Assembly: GCA_038527215.1 (NCBI GenBank)
Contig: JBCBGC010000007.1
Coordinates: forward strand, 55,424 to 119,423
From: Bacteroidota bacterium
GTDB taxonomy: Bacteria > Bacteroidota > Bacteroidia > J057
Direction: 5' to 3'
DNA length: 64,000 nucleotides
Made by a program: the position numbers and the translations under genes. The notes beneath the pieces are model-generated. The model was not told the DNA's origin, did not search any database, and saw nothing but the letters and a program-made list of their open reading frames with translations. Of the stretch, positions 58,841 through 64,000 are shown piece by piece (the first letter of the stretch is position 1; each line of letters begins with the position of its first letter).

Positions 58841-61018
58841 CTAAAGGCCTACACTTTCAGCCTTTTTATTAGCTATGCCCAGATTCCGTGCCGTATCCAT
58901 CAAGTGGCTCAAAACGTTGCGTTGGCTTTCGTCTTTGGCCTGATCCATCATCTTGAGGATGAGGGCAGATACGGTCAGATTTTTAAGGTCTTCGGAAGAG
59001 AGTTTGAACTGGGCGATAAAGTCGCGCAGGCTCTTGCCAAAGTTTCCGTTTCCATTGCCATTTAACAGGGCGTCCTTGAGGTCGCCCAGGTGCTCGCTGG
59101 AGTCCAGCAGGCGGTTGACATATTTGCCGTTGACCACGGCATTGCTGATCCGGTCGAAGAACTGCTGCTCTCCTCCTACGATATCAATGTTCGCAGACTT
59201 GAGGGCTTCGGCCAGGACCATCGCCTGAGCGGCGGCGATTTCCTTCTGGATAGAAATCTGAGCCAGCTCGATTTCTTTTTCTTTCTCCAAACGGAGTTTG
59301 AATTCTTCGTGCTCTTTGCCTACTCCATCCAGCTTTTTCATCGCGGTAGCTTTGGCTTCTACGCCTTTGGCATCGGCTACCCCTTTCTTCTCGATGATGG
59401 TAGCTTCGGCCATGCCCATTTCTTCGGTCGCCTTAGCCTTGGCCTGCAGGACCTGTGCTTCCGCCATACCTTTTTCGATTTCCAGCTCAGCTTCCACCAA
59501 GCCCAGTTTTTTGTTGGCATCAGCCTGCGCATCTCCTTTCATCTGGATCCCTTTCGCTTCGGCATGGGCTTTTTGCTCGAGGACGTTAGCTTCTGCTTCC
59601 CCTTCCTTCTGCTGCGCTTCAGCTTTGGCTTCCATGACGCGCGCTTCGGCTAATCCCAGGGCCGCATGCTCTTCAGCTGTGGCATCAGCCATGATCTTTT
59701 TGGCTTCCGCTTCCTTATCAACGGCTTCACGCAGGGCATTTGCTTCGATCACACGTTTTTCCGCTTCTAATTGGGAGGCCTCTTTTTCGGCTTCCGCCGA
59801 CTTGATGCGTTTTACCAAACCTTCTTCGGCATCTTTTTCTGCATTGAGGATGGCTACACGCTTCTGACGCTCCGCTTCGGCCAGGGCTTCGGTATCTTTG
59901 ATTTTTTCCTGCTCCTCTACTACTTCCCGCTCTACCGCTACCCGGTCACGAATCACATCCTGGATGTTTTTGCGCTCCTCCTCTACCGCTTTCTCTTTTT
60001 CGATCTGGGCAATGGCGACGATGCGCTCACGCTCCGTAGATTCAAGCTCTTTATCGCGTTGAACTTTCTCGGTTTCTATGGCTTCAGTGCGTTCTTTATT
60101 TTTCTGGGCGACGATCACGTCCCGCCTTTTGTTTTGTTCATTGATCTCGACTTCCCGCTCGCGAGAAATTCGAGCGGCCTCAGATTTGGTACGCTCTTCC
60201 TCTTGAACTTTTAAGGTTTCAGCCGTTTCTCTGGCTTTTACAGAGGCGATTTCTTTTTTCTGGATTTCTTCCTTCTCTGCCAATTGCTTGTCCAATTCGA
60301 GGATCGCTTCCTGAGCCTCTACATCCTGCTTGCGGATTTCTTTTTCTTTCTCACGCTGAATTTTATTGGCCTGCGTAATCTGGTCAGCAGTCAGGCGACG
60401 GATCTTTTTGATACCCTCCGCATCAAGAATGTTATCCTCATCGAGGTACTCCAGGGGCGTTTGCTCCAGGAAGTCAATGGCGATATCATCCAGGATGTAT
60501 CCGTTCAAGTCATCACCGATGACGTTCATGATCTCGCTTTTCAGCTCATCGCGGGAATTATAAAGGTCTACGAAATTGAAGCGTTTACCTACGGTTTTAA
60601 GGGCTTCTGAAAATTTGGCTTCGAACAAGATGCGAAGCAGCTCAGGGTCTGAGGCCCGGGTACAGCCGATGGCTTTGGCTACCTTTTGAATATCATCCTC
60701 GGCATTGCTAACCCGGATGAAAAAGGCCACCTTGATATCAGCCCGTAGGTTGTCCTTACAGATCAGGCCGTCTTTCCCTTCCCGGGCGATGACCATCTGC
60801 TTGAGGGAGAGGTCCATCACCTCCAAGGTATGAATCAGCGGCACAGAAATGATGCCGCCTAATGAAATTTTGGGCTCTGCACTTCGGCCCAGCCCCCCTG
60901 TGCGTACGAGGGCCTGCCCTTGTTTGACCTTTTTATAAAAAGTAGCCACGATAATGAGGGTGCCTACCAGCACGACCCCCAATACGACAGCTACCGTTAG
61001 CAAAATTCCATTCAACAT
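58841..61018 (-). CDS. Flotillin-family SPFH/band-7 protein (YqiK-like) with long Glu/Ala/Lys-rich coiled coil
   Basis: An N-terminal TM segment is followed by an SPFH core (…KQGQALVRTGGLG…VPLIHTLEVMDLSL…) and an approximately 350-aa EA-repeat coiled coil. The many same-region + strand ORFs are artefacts of this bias. Confidence 0.8.
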   Translation of the reverse strand: MLNGILLTVAVVLGVVLVGTLIIVATFYKKVKQGQALVRTGGLGRSAEPKISLGGIISVPLIHTLEVMDLSLKQMVIAREGKDGLICKDNLRADIKVAFFIRVSNAEDDIQKVAKAIGCTRASDPELLRILFEAKFSEALKTVGKRFNFVDLYNSRDELKSEIMNVIGDDLNGYILDDIAIDFLEQTPLEYLDEDNILDAEGIKKIRRLTADQITQANKIQREKEKEIRKQDVEAQEAILELDKQLAEKEEIQKKEIASVKARETAETLKVQEEERTKSEAARISREREVEINEQNKRRDVIVAQKNKERTEAIETEKVQRDKELESTERERIVAIAQIEKEKAVEEERKNIQDVIRDRVAVEREVVEEQEKIKDTEALAEAERQKRVAILNAEKDAEEGLVKRIKSAEAEKEASQLEAEKRVIEANALREAVDKEAEAKKIMADATAEEHAALGLAEARVMEAKAEAQQKEGEAEANVLEQKAHAEAKGIQMKGDAQADANKKLGLVEAELEIEKGMAEAQVLQAKAKATEEMGMAEATIIEKKGVADAKGVEAKATAMKKLDGVGKEHEEFKLRLEKEKEIELAQISIQKEIAAAQAMVLAEALKSANIDIVGGEQQFFDRISNAVVNGKYVNRLLDSSEHLGDLKDALLNGNGNGNFGKSLRDFIAQFKLSSEDLKNLTVSALILKMMDQAKDESQRNVLSHLMDTARNLGIANKKAESVGL

Positions 61019-61059
61019 AGTGGTTGTAAAAATTATAAGTGGATATTGTGTTTAGTATC

Positions 61060-61752
61060 CTAGACCTCGAAAGGGGTAACCAGGAATAATTCGGTTTCAG
61101 GATTGTACTCTACCAGCAGGGCCTGGGCCCCTTTGGGAATTATTTCTTCTTCTTCACTGATGACCGTGAAAAGAAATTCATTTCCTTCGAATAAGATATG
61201 CCCCTGCCCTTTCATGCCAGGCTTGACAGCAATGGTGATTTTGCAGATTTTCCCGACCAGATCTTTGCGGCGCATGGCCTGCTGATCCAATCGATCGAAC
61301 ATGCCTTTGAAAGGGGTGGAAACGACTTTGGTGACAAAAAGGGAAAGCAAAATATTGGGGAGGAAAAATGCCAGGGCAAACCAATTGCCCAGATATCCGA
61401 ATTGATGGTTGGCATATACCCCAATAGCCCACATGCTGAGAATCAAAAATGAGATAAACAGCATAAAAGGGATTTTTCCCAGATTGAAAAAAGACAAAAA
61501 GGACAACCAGACAGCAGGGCTCCCCCCTCCAGCTTCAAGGTCGGTATCTACTTCTGCATCAACGTCTACGTCCACGTCGAGATCGACATCCACGTCAACA
61601 TCCAGGTCCATATCTACGTCAACATCGAAGTCCAGAAACTCCATATCCATGGTTCCAATGAAGACCATCATCCAATACAAAATGACAATGATCAGTAATA
61701 TGGTATATGGGAGGTTGGCAGAAGAGAATATCGCCTCAAAAAATACATTCAT
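61060..61752 (-). CDS. NfeD/YqiJ-like membrane protein with C-terminal OB-fold, containing an (Asp-Val)n repeat loop
   Basis: There are three or four TM helices and a C-terminal beta-barrel segment (…GKICKITIAVKPGMKGQGHILFEGNEFLFTVISEEE…VTPF). It lies upstream of flotillin, as in the yqiJ-yqiK pair. Confidence 0.65.
   Translation of the reverse strand: MNVFFEAIFSSANLPYTILLIIVILYWMMVFIGTMDMEFLDFDVDVDMDLDVDVDVDLDVDVDVDAEVDTDLEAGGGSPAVWLSFLSFFNLGKIPFMLFISFLILSMWAIGVYANHQFGYLGNWFALAFFLPNILLSLFVTKVVSTPFKGMFDRLDQQAMRRKDLVGKICKITIAVKPGMKGQGHILFEGNEFLFTVISEEEEIIPKGAQALLVEYNPETELFLVTPFEV
61545..61640. repeat. (GTC/GAC/GTG)n hexanucleotide-like tract encoding DFDVDVDMDLDVDVDVDLDVDVDVDAEVD
   Basis: Read directly. 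The antisense 'STSTSTS' ORF (61409-61768) is an artefact. Confidence 0.8.
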
Positions 61753-62265
61753 CGGCAGGGGGTGTTAGATGTGTACATGATTGACTTACAAATAGCCTAA
61801 TGGATACTGATCCAGGTGCTATTTTGATCGGGTCCTAAAATAGAGGAATATTTGCCCGCTATCAAGCCCATAAAGCATGGAGAGCTACAGACAGTCTCCC
61901 ACCAGTTAAGTATACACAGATAAGCTATTTTCCTCAATAAACGGGCAGAATGGGCAAAAGGTTTCAAATAAGGGATTATTTCGAATCGAAATTATTCGAA
62001 AATTTGAAACTAAACCAGACCAAAGAAACGCCCCATACATAGGGATATCAAATAGGCCAAAAGGGTTGGAATCGGTTAGAAAAAGCAAGGAAAAAACGGT
62101 CCCTGATTATACAACAGTTCAAATTCTTCCCTCACTGGCTAAATATCTTGCGTCAACGGATTGTTACTCACTGCCTTGGCAGGTAATTTAGGCCTTATTA
62201 TTGCTCTTTCCATTCTATACCTCTCCGTTCTTTTCGTGTCCCAAACAAAACTATAACTAAATTTC

Positions 62266-63996
62266 ATGTGGATATTTAGATTAAGCAGTTGCTTAGTCCT
62301 ACTTTTTGGATGCTCGCTAGTAAGCCTTGCTCAAACCACTATCACCGGAACGGTATCAGATCAAAGGACCGGAGAGACCATTGTGGGGGCCAAAATTCTC
62401 ATCAAAAACACCAACATTGGTACCCTAACCAATGCCTTTGGGAAGTACTTCTTGAGTACAGAGACGGTGGTTCCCTTTACCATTACTTGTTCAGCCATTG
62501 GCTTCGAGGAAAGTGAAGTAGCTATTTATGGGTCAGGTCAGGAAGCCAATATTTACCTGGCGCCCAAAAGCAGAGAAGGCGCTGGGGTGGTAGCCCGGGC
62601 TTTTCGGTCAGAGGACGTCTTTGTCTCGGCCTCAAAGCTTGAGGAACGCAAACTCGCCTCTCACTTTGCTACTTACAAATCGGGCCTGCTGAGTCTGCGG
62701 GAAAGTCCTTCGCCGGACTTTTTCATGGGACTGGCTTCTCTGCCTGAGGTTCAGGTTAACACCAGTAGTCTGGCCTTTATCTCTTTAAATACCCGTGGCT
62801 TTGCCGATGCGCAAAACTGGCGCTTCGTTCAGCAGGTGGACGGGGTTGATCTGATCGGTCCAGGCCTTAACTACGCCGTGGGTAATCTATCTGGCCCTTC
62901 TGAACTGGATATGAGTAATGTGGAGCTGGTAGCAGGTCCCGGATCAGCACTCTATGGGCCAAATGCTTTTAACGGGGCCCTTTCTATGACCACCAAATCT
63001 CCCTTTGACCATCAGGGAATCAGCGCCTATCTCAAGGCAGGCGTCACCTCTCAAAGTGGAGAGGGTGCCAATCCTTATGGCGACTTTGCGGTACGCTATG
63101 CCCACGCCTTCAATGAGAAGATCGCCCTCAAACTAAATTTCTCCTATCTGGGAGCCAATGAATGGGCTGCTTCGGACGAAAGTTATTATATCAGCAATGA
63201 ACTGGTTCCTAACCAGGAGGCTCTCCTCGCCCTGCCACGTACGGACCCCAACTATAATGCAGTAAATGTCTATGGAGATGAAATCCAGGTCCCGGTTAAT
63301 TTAGGGGGTGGGAACGTAGAGAATATCAACCGTTCCGGTATTGCTGAAAGAGATCTGATTGATTATGATATCGACAATTTTAAAATAAATTTTGCCCTTC
63401 ACTATAAATTAACGCCTAATCTGGAGGCCATTTACGACGTACGCCATGTAGAAGCTGATGCGATTCTTCGGCATACCACGATCTATCCTTTCCGGGATAT
63501 CCAGCAAACCCTGCAAAAGCTGGAATTGAGATCCGATAATTTTTATGTGAGAGCTTATAACTCACGTGAGAATGCCAATAACTCCTACCAAATGCTGGCT
63601 ACGGGTGCCTTTATTCAAGAAGGGCTTAAATCCAGCCTGCTTTGGTCTCAGGATTACGGAGCCGCCTTTCGGGGAGAAGTGCCCAATGTAGACGCAGGCA
63701 GCCACGAAGCCGCCCGCGAATTTGCTGACCGGGATATTCCTGGCTCGGAGTCGGAAGTCTTCCAGACTTTATTGGAAGCTACCCTAACCAACCCTGACGT
63801 ATCTACGGGTGGAAGTCAGTTTATTGATAAATCAGGGCTCAATCACATAGAGACCAACTATGACATCTCGGAGCAGGTAAAAGTAGTTGACCTGCAGGTA
63901 GGAGGAAGTTTTCGCCGCTATCGCCTCAATTCTCAAGGTAACATCTTTTACCTGCTCCGAGATGTCATAGTTGGTCTCTATGTGATTGAGCCCTGA
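62266..63996 (+). CDS. TonB-dependent receptor-like protein (CarbopepD_reg N-domain + plug + partial barrel)
   Basis: It has a signal peptide. GTVSDQRTGETIVGAKILIKNTNIGTLTNAFGKYFL is a carboxypeptidase-regulatory-like domain, and a plug-like region follows. The ORF stops 4 nt before the window end and is shorter than typical. A frameshift, pseudogene or very short barrel cannot be distinguished. Confidence 0.5.
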   Translation: MWIFRLSSCLVLLFGCSLVSLAQTTITGTVSDQRTGETIVGAKILIKNTNIGTLTNAFGKYFLSTETVVPFTITCSAIGFEESEVAIYGSGQEANIYLAPKSREGAGVVARAFRSEDVFVSASKLEERKLASHFATYKSGLLSLRESPSPDFFMGLASLPEVQVNTSSLAFISLNTRGFADAQNWRFVQQVDGVDLIGPGLNYAVGNLSGPSELDMSNVELVAGPGSALYGPNAFNGALSMTTKSPFDHQGISAYLKAGVTSQSGEGANPYGDFAVRYAHAFNEKIALKLNFSYLGANEWAASDESYYISNELVPNQEALLALPRTDPNYNAVNVYGDEIQVPVNLGGGNVENINRSGIAERDLIDYDIDNFKINFALHYKLTPNLEAIYDVRHVEADAILRHTTIYPFRDIQQTLQKLELRSDNFYVRAYNSRENANNSYQMLATGAFIQEGLKSSLLWSQDYGAAFRGEVPNVDAGSHEAAREFADRDIPGSESEVFQTLLEATLTNPDVSTGGSQFIDKSGLNHIETNYDISEQVKVVDLQVGGSFRRYRLNSQGNIFYLLRDVIVGLYVIEP

Positions 63997-64000
63997 TTTA

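Noticed and set aside
58953-60610. Cluster of + strand ORFs (59090-59653, 59298-59867, 59771-60214, 60284-60610, among others), some longer than 180 aa
   Set aside because: They lie antisense to, or out of frame with, the flotillin gene's Glu/Ala/Lys-rich coiled-coil region. Their translations are low-complexity (Ser/Ala/Phe/Leu runs) produced by the GAA/GCC codon bias of the real gene. There are no signal peptides, starts or domains to support them.
61409-61768. Plus-strand 119-aa ORF with an STSTSTS repeat
   Set aside because: It is antisense to the (GTC/GAC)n tract of the NfeD-like gene, and an artefact.
1-64000. Intergenic regions scanned for tRNA, rRNA or other structured RNA genes (5361-5620, 18669-18827, 22695-22931, 23757-23943, 28726-29022, 33670-33945, 44617-44816, 61753-62265)
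   Set aside because: I recognised no cloverleaf-compatible sequences (GTTC/TΨC-like arms with matching acceptor stems) or rRNA-like stretches by eye. A tRNAscan or Infernal run would be needed to be certain.

Overview
The window looks like a Bacteroidota chromosome segment of about 50% GC. I infer the phylum from type IX secretion (T9SS) C-terminal sorting domains, the Bacteroides aerotolerance (Bat) operon, TonB-dependent receptors and an ftsH/prfA/fabI backbone. Gene density is high and I saw no rRNA, tRNA or CRISPR arrays.

Main contents, in order:
- A minus-strand outer-membrane/lipoprotein cluster lies divergent from a clan GH-A glycoside hydrolase and a transmembrane propeller/Y_Y_Y/LuxR regulator (1–9.9 kb).
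- A Bat-type operon follows: DUF58, a membrane protein, BatA, BatB, BatC, BatD and BatE, with no MoxR ATPase immediately upstream of DUF58 and an inserted four-helix-bundle gene (10–18 kb).
- Next come a response regulator, an ArnT-like family 39 glycosyltransferase, a lamin-tail-domain T9SS protein, an SRAP peptidase, ftsH, an LpxH-like gene and prfA.
- An SNF2 helicase is co-transcribed with a SAM methyltransferase; then fabI, a family 2 glycosyltransferase and a T9SS beta-lactamase-fold hydrolase.
- A TonB receptor, a nucleoside-permease-like lipoprotein and a secreted adenosine deaminase form a nucleoside-scavenging cluster.
- An accessory-looking region at roughly 43–62 kb holds an HNH endonuclease overlapped by a ribbon-helix-helix-like gene, an EEP nuclease-fold protein, a VapBC pair and, most notably, a minus-strand operon: NfeD/YqiJ-like protein, flotillin (SPFH), lipoprotein, a 1638-aa protein with a MoxR-type AAA+ core, an ASCH-like/winged-helix protein and a DUF218 protein.

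The flotillin–giant-ATPase operon is my top candidate for an undescribed system. All functional calls come from motif-level reading of the ORF translations, with no database search.
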